A stretch of DNA of 64,000 nt from a virus. Lineage: Duplodnaviria; Caudoviricetes. Where the stretch lies: IMG/VR virus record IMGVR_UViG_3300042965_000182, positions 1,919-65,918 of that record. One strand, given 5' to 3'. This document shows positions 37,223 through 46,657 of the stretch, piece by piece (position 1 is the first letter of the stretch; the number at the start of each line of letters is the position of its first letter). Position numbers and translations under genes: made by a program. A model generated the notes under the pieces. The model made no database searches, was not told where the DNA came from, and worked only from the letters and a program-made list of their open reading frames with translations.

Positions 37223-38929
37223 ATGACATATCAAGAATTAGTTAAAAAGTTAGGTATTGAATTTAAAGAAAGTCCAAGAAGGATAAAGGTTCTATCATCA
37301 CTTATTGAAAATGGTAAGTTAGAAGAAGCAAAGTCCTTAGCAAAATTTTACAAAAGAGTAGACGAAATAGGAAATAACGAGAGGTTAATTGAGTTATCAG
37401 CTCGTGATGCAAAGACTTTTTTTCAGTATAAAGACGAATCACTTTCAAAAGCAGAGGAATATTTAAAAGAAGTTTCTGCTTCTTATTTACCTTCTTCTGA
37501 TTATGAGCTTAGTGCTTACGAAGTGAATGAAGATGAAGGAAAGGTCAGGTTAGTTTTTTCGCAAAAAGCAAAGGATAAAAGACCTCCAAAAGATTGGTGG
37601 GAGAATTGTATAAAAAGGGCAAGGAAGTTTGCTGACGACCCTGAAAGTTTTTGTGGTGCTCTTTGGTATAGACCAGGTGATTTCCCCTATGGTGAAAAAT
37701 TAAGGGAATCATTTGGTAAACCTTATAAAGGTTCAATAGAAGAAGAAAAATTTTTAAAGGAGGCTATTATGAAGTTTGAAGGTAAAAAGGAGCCATTTTG
37801 GAAGAGGTTAATGTTTTGGAAAAAAAGTGAAAAAGAAAAAATGGATTACAGGACAGTAGAAGAAAGAGGTCATCCCGATTATTCAACAGAGGGTAAAGGT
37901 GAAGGCAAGTGGGAAGATTACAGGACTTCAAAGTATTCAGAAGCATCCAGAAGGTTATTACAGAAAATAGAGGCATTAAAGGAAAGGATAGCGAGGTTAA
38001 AGAAAAAGAAGGAAGAAGTGGAAGAAGAGGAAGAATTTGAAGAAGAGGAAGTTCCAGTAAGGAGACCTGTAAAAAAACCTATTAGAGTAAAGGAAATTGA
38101 AGAAGAGGAAGAAGAAATTCCTGTAAGAAGACCAGTAAGAAGACCTGTAAGGAGACCTATTGAAGAAGAAATTGAAGAAGAGGAAGAAGAAAAACCAAGG
38201 AGAGTAAAAAGTCAAGTTGAAACTCCATCTAAAAAGGTAAGAGAAGTTCCTGTTGAATTTGAAGAAGAAGAGGAAGAGGAAATTCCAGTTAGAAGGGAGG
38301 AAAAACCTGTTCCTACAAGAAGGTATACACCAAGGTTTGAAGAAAGACATCCTGAAATTGCTTTGAGAGAATCACTTAACAGGTTAAGAAGGAAAATAGC
38401 AGATTTAAAACAAAGGATTGCTTCTTTAAAAGAGGAAAGACCTGTTGAAAGTGAATTAAAAGACAAAATAGCAAGTTTAAAAGAAAGAATTAGTAGATTT
38501 AAGAAGAAGGCAGTGTTTGACCCGAGAATTTTAACAGACCTTGACCCAGAGAAAATATTTGGTCCTTTACCTGAATTTGCTCAGGAAAAAGCACCTGAAA
38601 GAAAGTATGAGGTTACGCTTGCTCACGAAAAAGACGAAGAGGTAAAAAAGCCAATCCCTGAAACACACAAAATGGTTACGGAAAAAGTTCCAGAAGTAGA
38701 AAAAGCATTTATTGAAAAGGCAACAAGAGCTTCAAAAATAGTTGACAAAATGATAGAAAAAGGTTTAATTACTGAAAATGAAAAGTATAGTAAGTTATCA
38801 GAACTTATGAAGTTTAATGATTTTGAATTAAACAGGATTGAGAATTTTGTAAACGAAGTAAAAAGTGAAAAAGGTGTTTTAGTTGTAGATGAAGGAATTA
38901 TTGATTTTAATAAAATTGTTGGTGATTAA
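37223..38929 (+). CDS. Capsid scaffolding protein
   Basis: Lies between protease and capsid; highly charged coiled coils; EEEEIPVRRP repeats. Confidence 0.7.
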   Translation: MTYQELVKKLGIEFKESPRRIKVLSSLIENGKLEEAKSLAKFYKRVDEIGNNERLIELSARDAKTFFQYKDESLSKAEEYLKEVSASYLPSSDYELSAYEVNEDEGKVRLVFSQKAKDKRPPKDWWENCIKRARKFADDPESFCGALWYRPGDFPYGEKLRESFGKPYKGSIEEEKFLKEAIMKFEGKKEPFWKRLMFWKKSEKEKMDYRTVEERGHPDYSTEGKGEGKWEDYRTSKYSEASRRLLQKIEALKERIARLKKKKEEVEEEEEFEEEEVPVRRPVKKPIRVKEIEEEEEEIPVRRPVRRPVRRPIEEEIEEEEEEKPRRVKSQVETPSKKVREVPVEFEEEEEEEIPVRREEKPVPTRRYTPRFEERHPEIALRESLNRLRRKIADLKQRIASLKEERPVESELKDKIASLKERISRFKKKAVFDPRILTDLDPEKIFGPLPEFAQEKAPERKYEVTLAHEKDEEVKKPIPETHKMVTEKVPEVEKAFIEKATRASKIVDKMIEKGLITENEKYSKLSELMKFNDFELNRIENFVNEVKSEKGVLVVDEGIIDFNKIVGD

Positions 38930-38951
38930 AAAAATTTTAAGGAGGTAGGAA

Positions 38952-39599
38952 ATGATAAGTAGACATATACAATATATATGGAAAGAAGGGATGTATGAAT
39001 TATATATAAAGAAGGCTGATACTGATCCTGATGAAATAAACTATGTTGGAGGTTCACCTGTTATAATGGAAGGAACTATTTCTGGTTGGGGACAAACACA
39101 AGAAGGTCCGCCTTACGATTGGTCATTTGAGCCACTTATTCGTGTAAACGGAGCAAGTAAAGATACCGCTTCTGACAATTTAAAACTACTTCTTGGTGTT
39201 GCTTATCATTCAAGAAAAGTGGATACTTTTATAAAGAAGGTGACGGTTGTTAGGGCTCCTGCTGTTATTACAATTTTCAAAGGGATTGCCAAGATGAAGG
39301 AATTCCAGCAAGCAGAAGAATTTTTCCCATTTGGGTTTACAGAGGATGACCCATATCCACCTTTTGACCCTGAAAGAACTTATTCTCAGGGTGATTTACT
39401 TATTCCTATCAAGAAAGAAGTTATTGGTGTTGGAACTTTTTCTGTTTGGACAAATGACCTTACTCTTTTACCTCAACCTGGTTCTGGACAAAAGTTAACT
39501 TATGTTTTACCTGCAAAAGTTTTATCTGTAACAGGAACAGGTGAAAGTGCAATTTTAACAATTGAATTAGGTGCATTTTATCATATAATTTCAGCATAA
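38952..39599 (+). CDS. Probable head decoration/cement protein
   Basis: Directly upstream of the major capsid gene; beta-rich, 215 aa. Confidence 0.55.
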   Translation: MISRHIQYIWKEGMYELYIKKADTDPDEINYVGGSPVIMEGTISGWGQTQEGPPYDWSFEPLIRVNGASKDTASDNLKLLLGVAYHSRKVDTFIKKVTVVRAPAVITIFKGIAKMKEFQQAEEFFPFGFTEDDPYPPFDPERTYSQGDLLIPIKKEVIGVGTFSVWTNDLTLLPQPGSGQKLTYVLPAKVLSVTGTGESAILTIELGAFYHIISA

Positions 39600-39623
39600 A
39601 AAAAATTTTAAAGGAGGGTAATT

Positions 39624-40544
39624 ATGGAAGCAATGGCAACAATAAATAAGAAAGACCCACAGGTCTTACAAAGAGAACTGATGAAGAAAGAAGCCGCTTT
39701 AGAGTTAGCGTTCAAGACACAAGTTGGTTTACAAAAGTTAGCACAGGCACTTGCTTCACCTGTCAGGAAGCATCTTGATTATAGAGGGATAGGTAGAAGG
39801 TTATTTGTTACGGAGCCATATGTTGACCCAGGACCAATGTATTACGATGCCGATATAGCAGAGTTTGATGCGGTAATGATAGGAAGAGATGGAACAAGTA
39901 GAATGGTTGTGGTAAGAGCAACAAGAACAATATTACCAGAGTTTGAAGTAGCAGTAAGGGTAAAAATACCGTTTGCTGAGGTAAGAACGAGGAAGTATAA
40001 GGTTGTAGAAAGAGCGAAAGAAAGGTTAAAACAATCATTTGCTATTAGAGAAGATTTACTCATTTTCTCACTTGTCCATGATGCTGTAATAGCAAGTAAT
40101 CAACTAATAACGGCAACAGGAACTTTAATAAAAGAAGACCTTGCCGAAGCATTTTGGAGAGTAGAAAACAGAAGGTTAATACCTCTTAATGTTCTCATTT
40201 CACCAGCAAGTGCTTATGCTATTAGGAATTGGGAAAGAGATCAGATTGAAGAAACAGCAAGGATAGAAATACGAAGAACTGGGTATCTTGGTGTTCTTTG
40301 GGGTGCTAACTTTTTAGTTTCTCAATTGATTAAGAAAGTGAACATTGGCGGAACAGATTACAATGTAGCATATGTTCTACCTGACCCTCAGTTTGTTGGT
40401 TGGTATCCTATTAGGGCAGATGTAGAAGTTATACCTGCTGATACACCTGATTTACTCTTACTTGGATTTGTTGGTTATCTCCAAGCAGGAATGATTTTAC
40501 ACAATATTTGGGCTGTTGCTGGTGTAGCGTTTACACAACCATAA
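39624..40544 (+). CDS. Major capsid protein (HK97 fold, encapsulin/linocin-like)
   Basis: LAQALASPVRKHLDYRGIGRRLF, EDLLIFSL and GYLGVLWGANF motifs; 306 aa; position in head module. Confidence 0.88.
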   Translation: MEAMATINKKDPQVLQRELMKKEAALELAFKTQVGLQKLAQALASPVRKHLDYRGIGRRLFVTEPYVDPGPMYYDADIAEFDAVMIGRDGTSRMVVVRATRTILPEFEVAVRVKIPFAEVRTRKYKVVERAKERLKQSFAIREDLLIFSLVHDAVIASNQLITATGTLIKEDLAEAFWRVENRRLIPLNVLISPASAYAIRNWERDQIEETARIEIRRTGYLGVLWGANFLVSQLIKKVNIGGTDYNVAYVLPDPQFVGWYPIRADVEVIPADTPDLLLLGFVGYLQAGMILHNIWAVAGVAFTQP

Positions 40545-40586
40545 GTTAAAAAAATAATTTAAGAAAAAAATTAAAAGGAGGTGTTT

Positions 40587-41120
40587 ATGCCAGAAAAACC
40601 AATAGAAGAAATACAAGTAGCACTTACAAAGACAGGCAGAGTTCAGTTAGGAGCAAAAGAATTTCCAAGCTTAGAAAAGTTAGAGAAGAATATAAGGTAT
40701 GTTTACAATCCAAATCCTTGGGTTGTCCGTATAACGGGACTTAATGTTAGGCTTGCTCCTGGTGAACTTGTAGATTTAGTTCAAGTAGTTGGTTCACCTG
40801 AAAAGGTTTTCAGTTGTGTAGAAGTTATAAAAGCAATAGAAGGTAATCTACTTATAGGTTTTTCTTCGTTTGAAGAATTACAAAAGGCTTATACTGGTTT
40901 GCCAAAACCAAAATCTTCACCTATTGAAGAGGCAAAGGCTACTGCTGTTGTCGTTGGTCCTGAAGGTAAAACAATGCATATAGAAGAAGTTGTAAAAGAA
41001 GGTGAAAATCCATACACAGAAGCACTTATTGAAGATTATAAAAGAGAAGAAGAGGAAATCAAAAGATTAGAAGAACAAACTGTCAAAAAGACTACCAGAA
41101 AAGGAAAAAGAACAGAATAG
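40587..41120 (+). CDS. Head-associated protein
   Basis: Follows the MCP; AAGGAGGTG RBS before ATG 40587. Confidence 0.55.
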   Translation: MPEKPIEEIQVALTKTGRVQLGAKEFPSLEKLEKNIRYVYNPNPWVVRITGLNVRLAPGELVDLVQVVGSPEKVFSCVEVIKAIEGNLLIGFSSFEELQKAYTGLPKPKSSPIEEAKATAVVVGPEGKTMHIEEVVKEGENPYTEALIEDYKREEEEIKRLEEQTVKKTTRKGKRTE

Positions 41121-41206
41121 AATACTATTCCCCATAGTTATGGGGCAGGGGTTAGTAAAGTGAGGGGATTGGTAAGTAAAGTTTAGTTCCCTGCCCCTCT
41201 TTTCTT
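41115..41206 (+). terminator. GC-rich terminator-like stem with competing upstream hairpins
   Basis: GGGGCAGGG (41142-50) pairs with CCCTGCCCC (41189-97), followed by TCTTTTCTT. Confidence 0.6.
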
Positions 41207-41216
41207 ATTCGGAGTT

Positions 41217-42044
41217 ATGGCTTATGTAATCCACGATGTCTCAGAAAGAGAATGGTGTCAATATTTCAAAGACCAGCATGTTGAAGTCATAGTTGAATTC
41301 AAGTATAATAATGTTCCTGTTGATGTAGACAATCCTTCTTTTGATATTTATAAAGACGGTCAACCTGTAAACTTTTACATTCTTAAACCTCTTACAAAGT
41401 CAGACCCACCTGTTATCGGTAAATATTGTGCTACTTTTATGACAACAGGTTTACAAGCAGGTGATTACACTTTTAAAGCAAAAGGTTATTATCAAGGCAA
41501 TGAACTAATTGTAAGTGGTTCATTTAAGTTAGTTGAAGTTCCAAGGAGGCAATGGTATATTGATACATTAAGAGGCATTTTAGCAGACAAGTATCAAATA
41601 GAGGTTCCTTGGGAGTTTTGGACGCACGACCCAACCAAAAGAGAATGGAGGGATGGACAATTAAACGATTATTTAGAGCAAGCAGTAAGGTTTATAAACA
41701 TTTTGCCACCTTCAACAGTTTCCTGGCAACTTGAAAACATACCTTGTTCTTCACTTGTTTTACTTGGTGCACAAATCTTTGCTTTACTTTCAAAAGACAT
41801 AATGGAAGTCCACAATTATTTTGATTATTCAACACCTGTCAGGGTTTCTGTTTACAGAGGTAGAGAATACAGGTCAATTTACCAGTGGATAGAAAGACAA
41901 TTTACAGAGCCATCAAAGTTATTTAAAAAATCTTGGGTTTTAAACACTTTGAGACCAAGAGCGATAGTGTTTCCTCGTATAGCGTTCAGGATTTTAAGAC
42001 CACTTTCAATGGTTTTACATTTTACTTCATATGGTATAGGATAA
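41217..42044 (+). CDS. Head-tail adaptor (neck) protein with Ig-like N-terminus
   Basis: LRGILAD...WRDGQLNDYLEQAV..IN..PP pattern; position. Confidence 0.65.
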   Translation: MAYVIHDVSEREWCQYFKDQHVEVIVEFKYNNVPVDVDNPSFDIYKDGQPVNFYILKPLTKSDPPVIGKYCATFMTTGLQAGDYTFKAKGYYQGNELIVSGSFKLVEVPRRQWYIDTLRGILADKYQIEVPWEFWTHDPTKREWRDGQLNDYLEQAVRFINILPPSTVSWQLENIPCSSLVLLGAQIFALLSKDIMEVHNYFDYSTPVRVSVYRGREYRSIYQWIERQFTEPSKLFKKSWVLNTLRPRAIVFPRIAFRILRPLSMVLHFTSYGIG

Positions 42045-42892
42045 TGAATGAAATTATAACTGAAAAATTTGGTTCTTACAGGTATTATGAAGAAACATTA
42101 AAAAGAGTAAAAAATGTTTCAGTTCAAAGAACTTTTGATGTAAACGGCAAGTATTCAATACAAATAGTTTGGGATACATTTATACCTGGCGTTGAAGTTA
42201 TTGATGGATTTAATGTTTACAGGTCAGTAGATTTGAAGGAATGGAAGAAGTTAAATTCTACACTTATAACAATTAACAATTTTTTAGATAGTGATGCTAA
42301 ACTTTTTATTGGTCAAGATTATTATTACAAGGTTACTTTTATTTCAAATGGTATAGAAAGCAGTTTAGAAGAAGCAGAACCTGTAACTTTTCTTTCATCA
42401 AAAAATAAGGTTGATGGAATGAATTGGAGGTTGTACAATACTTCATTAGAGCATATGAGAAGGTTATCACTTGTTTTAAGACATACAGGTGAAGAGGTGA
42501 TTTTTGGTATAAGACAGTTTGTTGGTCAAAAATGCAGAAGGTGTTATGATTTTGTAGCGAAAAAGGCTACTGACAGTTCTTGCCCTGTTTGTTTTGGAAC
42601 AGGAATAGAGCAAGGTTATAAAGGTATAGAAGGAAGAGTTCATTTTGAGCCTGCTACTTTAACAATTTCAAGAGAACTTGAAGGCTTTATTCCTGCTTAT
42701 GCTTTCAGGTGTTGGACTTTGTCATTCCCTTTACTTTCCTCGCAAGATTTCATTATTAGAAAAAGGACAGGTGAAAGGTATGTAATAAACGAATCTACAC
42801 CTATTATAAATCAAGGTTTAATTCTTATGCAAACTTTAAGAGTTGATATAATGGTTAGAGAACATCCTTTATACAATATACCAGTAGTATGA
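42044..42892 (+). CDS. Head closure/neck protein with FN3-like domain and zinc finger
   Basis: GFNVYRS...YYYKVT; CRRC...CPVCFGTG; ATG at 42044. Confidence 0.65.
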   Translation: MNEIITEKFGSYRYYEETLKRVKNVSVQRTFDVNGKYSIQIVWDTFIPGVEVIDGFNVYRSVDLKEWKKLNSTLITINNFLDSDAKLFIGQDYYYKVTFISNGIESSLEEAEPVTFLSSKNKVDGMNWRLYNTSLEHMRRLSLVLRHTGEEVIFGIRQFVGQKCRRCYDFVAKKATDSSCPVCFGTGIEQGYKGIEGRVHFEPATLTISRELEGFIPAYAFRCWTLSFPLLSSQDFIIRKRTGERYVINESTPIINQGLILMQTLRVDIMVREHPLYNIPVV

Positions 42893-43509
42893 GCTCGTTA
42901 ACATCTTGGGATTTAAAACATACGGAGTTAGCGTTTAAGTCATCAGAATTTTTATTCAATTTATCAACACAAGTAAGAGATATTCTAATTGATTATTTAA
43001 AGGTGCTTTTTAAGGAAACAGATTTAGGTAAAAGGTTTAATTATCAAGAAGATGAAAAATTAACAAAACTTTTTATTGGTTCAACTTTCCCTATGGAAGA
43101 AAGGTATTTTCCAAGGGTTTTAGTTGATGTAAATGTTTCAGATAGTGAAATCATTTCGTTTGGTGATGTTGGTTATGATGACAAAAATAACATTGTATTA
43201 ACAGGCAGGTTTAACTACAATGCCGTATTAACCATTTCAGCATTAGAATTAGAAGAAATAAAGAATTTAGCAGATGTTTGTTTACTTTTTATTGTAAACA
43301 GGTATTATAGAAGCCAACTTCAAAAATATGGTATTGGTGTAGTAGATGCAAGAGGTTTTAGGGTAAGTGCTATTAGAAGGGAAAGGTTAGTTCCCACTAT
43401 TCCGTTTTGGTTGACAGAGGTATCTTTTGTAGTTTATTCAGAGTGGCAACAATTAATTGAAAAGAAAGGTGTTGTTATTAGTGGTGAAATTGTTGAAATA
43501 GAAATTTAA
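42889..43509 (+). CDS. Tail completion/terminator-like protein
   Basis: FP.EERYFPRVLV motif; directly upstream of the sheath. Confidence 0.55.
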   Translation: MSSLTSWDLKHTELAFKSSEFLFNLSTQVRDILIDYLKVLFKETDLGKRFNYQEDEKLTKLFIGSTFPMEERYFPRVLVDVNVSDSEIISFGDVGYDDKNNIVLTGRFNYNAVLTISALELEEIKNLADVCLLFIVNRYYRSQLQKYGIGVVDARGFRVSAIRRERLVPTIPFWLTEVSFVVYSEWQQLIEKKGVVISGEIVEIEI

Positions 43510-43521
43510 GGAGGTTTAATT

Positions 43522-45393
43522 ATGGCACAAAGAGACATTATTGTTAGGAGGGTTGTTGGTGCAAGGGCTGTTCCAGCCCCTGTTGGAATACCCGTTATTA
43601 TTCCTGCTGTTATTTGTAGAACACTTGGTAAAAAGACACAAGAAGTTGAAAGTATAACAAGGACACCACCTGGAACTGATTATGTTTGGATTGACAGGTT
43701 AAAAGAAGATACAAAATTACCTTTAAATGAAATAAACGATATAGAGTATGTTTACACTTATACTGAGGGCGATAAAACTTATAGTTTTAAATATGTTTTC
43801 AAAAGAGGAATACATTTCAGGTTTGTTAAGTTAAAAGACCAGGATACACCTGAAGTTGAAGAATATTTACCATTTGAAAATCTTCACATTACTGATTTAA
43901 AAGAAGGTGAAACACGAATTAGGTATGGTATTGATTGGTCGCAAGCACCACTTTTACCACCAGTTGAATTTGAAGCAGAACCAACTCAAAATGGAACTGG
44001 AACAAAGTTTTCTTCTGGTGATTATGAAATTAGGGTTTTTGCTGTAAGTTTACAAGCACCGACATCGGGTAGCGGGGGTCTATATCTTGTTGGTCAATCT
44101 ATTACTAAATTGCTAACATTATCAGAAGATGCTTATATTAGGGTGTCTTGGAAAAGAGTTGATTATGTTAAAGGTTATATTATTGAAATAAAACGGGTTG
44201 GAGGTTCTACTTACAGGTTTTTTGTAAATCCGCATGTTACAGATAGGATTTTTATAGTAGAACTTACAGCGATAACATATATTTCAGGTGGTAAACAAGT
44301 TCCTGAAAGCAACAAAGATTACACTTTGAATTACAAGTATTTAGTAAGGTTAGTTAATCAACCAGTTCTTTATTCAGCAATAGAACAAGTAAGGGAAGAC
44401 CACGGATTAGGTTCAGAAGCATACAATATTGCAAGGTATTTTCTTTCAACTGAACTTGGTAATGCTCCATTTTTAGTGATAGTTGGAGTAGAAGAAGATA
44501 GTTTAGCAGGTTATTTGAATGCTTTAAAAACACTTGAAAGTGTTAATTGTCATTTAATCTTTGCTACTTATTATGGAACTGATGTTTTAGATTTATGGGA
44601 TGCTATGTATCAGCATTGTTTGGCACTTTCTGACCCTGTTACAGGTCAAAGAGAAAGGTATGCTGTTTTTGCTTTGAAAAATGGTATTCAGTGGTATGAC
44701 AATGAACTAAAAACTACTTTACAGCATTTTAGAGCAATGGAAGGTAAAGGTAAAAGGGCTTTCCTTGTTGTCTTTGATGGTGGAGAAATTACACTTAACA
44801 CTTGGATAGAACAAGATGGTTCAATAACAAAAGACAAAAAAGTGTTAACGCAGAGTTTTGACGACATTACATCTCTATTTGGTGCTATGCTTGTTTTTGC
44901 AAGGTATTGTTCATTTAGAGACCCTGCTTCTTCATTAACAGAAAAATCTATACCTGGTTTAACATTTCAGAAGAATTCTTGGGGTGATGATGTTTACTTA
45001 TATTTAAGGGATTTAGGTGCTTTTGTTGTAAGGAACGATTTAGGTTCAGCAGTTGTTGATTTAGATATAAATATGTCGTATGGTTTACTCGGTTTAAATG
45101 ATTCACAACTACCTATCACAATGACAGAAGATTGGATGAAGCAAGATTTAAGAAGTAAGTTAAAAGTTTTCAGAGGTAAAAAGAATATAGAGTTAAGGTT
45201 AGCAAGTGTGATAAACTATATAAAACTAATTCTTGATTCGTATGTTTCTGCTGGTTTAATAACTTCATATGATGAAGGTTCAATAAAAGTTGAAATACTT
45301 TCAACAGGACAACTAAAAGGTTATTTCAAATATACACCTGTTATAATTATCAATCAAATCTTGTTTGAATACGATTTTGAGTTTATTTTATAA
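43522..45393 (+). CDS. Contractile tail sheath protein
   Basis: YLNALKTLE, QRER, SLTEKSIPG and C-terminal YTPVIIINQILFEYDF motifs. Confidence 0.85.
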   Translation: MAQRDIIVRRVVGARAVPAPVGIPVIIPAVICRTLGKKTQEVESITRTPPGTDYVWIDRLKEDTKLPLNEINDIEYVYTYTEGDKTYSFKYVFKRGIHFRFVKLKDQDTPEVEEYLPFENLHITDLKEGETRIRYGIDWSQAPLLPPVEFEAEPTQNGTGTKFSSGDYEIRVFAVSLQAPTSGSGGLYLVGQSITKLLTLSEDAYIRVSWKRVDYVKGYIIEIKRVGGSTYRFFVNPHVTDRIFIVELTAITYISGGKQVPESNKDYTLNYKYLVRLVNQPVLYSAIEQVREDHGLGSEAYNIARYFLSTELGNAPFLVIVGVEEDSLAGYLNALKTLESVNCHLIFATYYGTDVLDLWDAMYQHCLALSDPVTGQRERYAVFALKNGIQWYDNELKTTLQHFRAMEGKGKRAFLVVFDGGEITLNTWIEQDGSITKDKKVLTQSFDDITSLFGAMLVFARYCSFRDPASSLTEKSIPGLTFQKNSWGDDVYLYLRDLGAFVVRNDLGSAVVDLDINMSYGLLGLNDSQLPITMTEDWMKQDLRSKLKVFRGKKNIELRLASVINYIKLILDSYVSAGLITSYDEGSIKVEILSTGQLKGYFKYTPVIIINQILFEYDFEFIL

Positions 45394-45407
45394 AATAAGG
45401 AGATAAA

Positions 45408-46016
45408 ATGAAGAAGGTGATAACTACGACTTTTAGTGTTAGTATGTTGCCTGTTATTGGACAAGCAAATTTAAGAATAAGAGAGGTTAGCGAAGATACT
45501 TTCAATTCTGAACTTGGTGATGATTTTGAAAGTTATGTTGGACACGAAACTACTGCAAAGTTGTTAAGTGAAAAATTAGGTAAGGATATTAAGTTTAACA
45601 GAGCAAATTTAATGTTAGAACCTAATATGAGGTTATTTGTTGCTGTTCCTCAGTTCAGAGTAGAAGTAGCAAGAGAGTTTACACCAGAAGAAATAGAAAA
45701 AGCAAAATTCAGGTATTTTATTATTGAATTAATTCCTTCTGAAAAAGAGGTAAAAGGTGTAAGAGTAGAATTTAAGGTAAAAGATGGTGATTTGTATATT
45801 AACGATTACAAAGTTTTAAAGGCGTGGGAATCAATAGCAGGTTGGTATTGGTTTGGTGTTGAAGAAGTTGAACCTGGTCTTTGGTTTGGTCTTGTTCAAG
45901 GTTTTGAAGACGAATGGAGTTATTTTGATGAAAATGAATTAAAAGAGCTAATGAAAAGAGGTATAGTTTGGGAAATTAAAAAACAAGATTTACCTTTTGC
46001 TGGAAGAAGAAGATAA
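45408..46016 (+). CDS. DUF1874 (AcrIII-1 ring-nuclease-like) domain fused to a DUF2958-like domain
   Basis: TTTFSVSML, FESYVGHETTAKLLSEKLG, FNRANLML, QFR. C-terminal WYWFGVE...FGLVQGFEDEWSYF..EL. Confidence 0.75.
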   Translation: MKKVITTTFSVSMLPVIGQANLRIREVSEDTFNSELGDDFESYVGHETTAKLLSEKLGKDIKFNRANLMLEPNMRLFVAVPQFRVEVAREFTPEEIEKAKFRYFIIELIPSEKEVKGVRVEFKVKDGDLYINDYKVLKAWESIAGWYWFGVEEVEPGLWFGLVQGFEDEWSYFDENELKELMKRGIVWEIKKQDLPFAGRRR

Positions 46017-46087
46017 AAAAAGTCCTTTTTCGGAGTTTTTATAAACATTTAAATTTGTAAACAAAAAATTTTAAGGAGGTAAAAAGT

Positions 46088-46645
46088 ATGGCAGGTTTAG
46101 TTTCAACAAGAGGTTATGGTGTAGGTATACCACCAAGCAATAAGGTTGTCATTCCGTTTTCTTGCACAATTTACGATTTAGAAGGGAATGAAGTTGGTTA
46201 TATGATTTCAATTACTTATGATACGACAAGGAGAGTTGAAAGGATTAGGCATTTAAATGCTTTTGATGCTGGTAGGATAATAGAGCAAGCCCCTGCCCCA
46301 GAAGATTATTCTGTTTCAGGTGAGGGTTTTACTTTATATACTGACGATTTAGCAAATCCTCAGAGTGTAATTGGAAGGTTAACAAAAGAAACAGGTCTGG
46401 CAGTATTTGAATGCTTAAATCAGCAAAGGATACCTTTTAATATTGTAAAAGAAGTCGTTCATCCTGCTACTGGTATAGGTTATCAAACGATTTTCTATGA
46501 ATGTTGGTTAGCAAGGTATTCAGAGACTTTTGCTACAAGGAATGTTGTTGTTTCAGCAAATGTTTCAATACAGCCAACTTTTGTTGAAAGCAGGATTGTT
46601 CAAGTTTCTGGTGCTGGTGGTAAACAACCAATTCCGAGAAGTTAA
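46088..46645 (+). CDS. Tail tube protein
   Basis: VGYMISITYDTTRRVERI and FYECWLARYS motifs; follows the sheath. Confidence 0.8.
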   Translation: MAGLVSTRGYGVGIPPSNKVVIPFSCTIYDLEGNEVGYMISITYDTTRRVERIRHLNAFDAGRIIEQAPAPEDYSVSGEGFTLYTDDLANPQSVIGRLTKETGLAVFECLNQQRIPFNIVKEVVHPATGIGYQTIFYECWLARYSETFATRNVVVSANVSIQPTFVESRIVQVSGAGGKQPIPRS

Positions 46646-46657
46646 AAGGAGTAAAGT

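Noticed and set aside
46015-46040. Terminator after the DUF1874 fusion gene
   Set aside because: The stem has only about 3 strong pairs and a mismatch, too weak to call.
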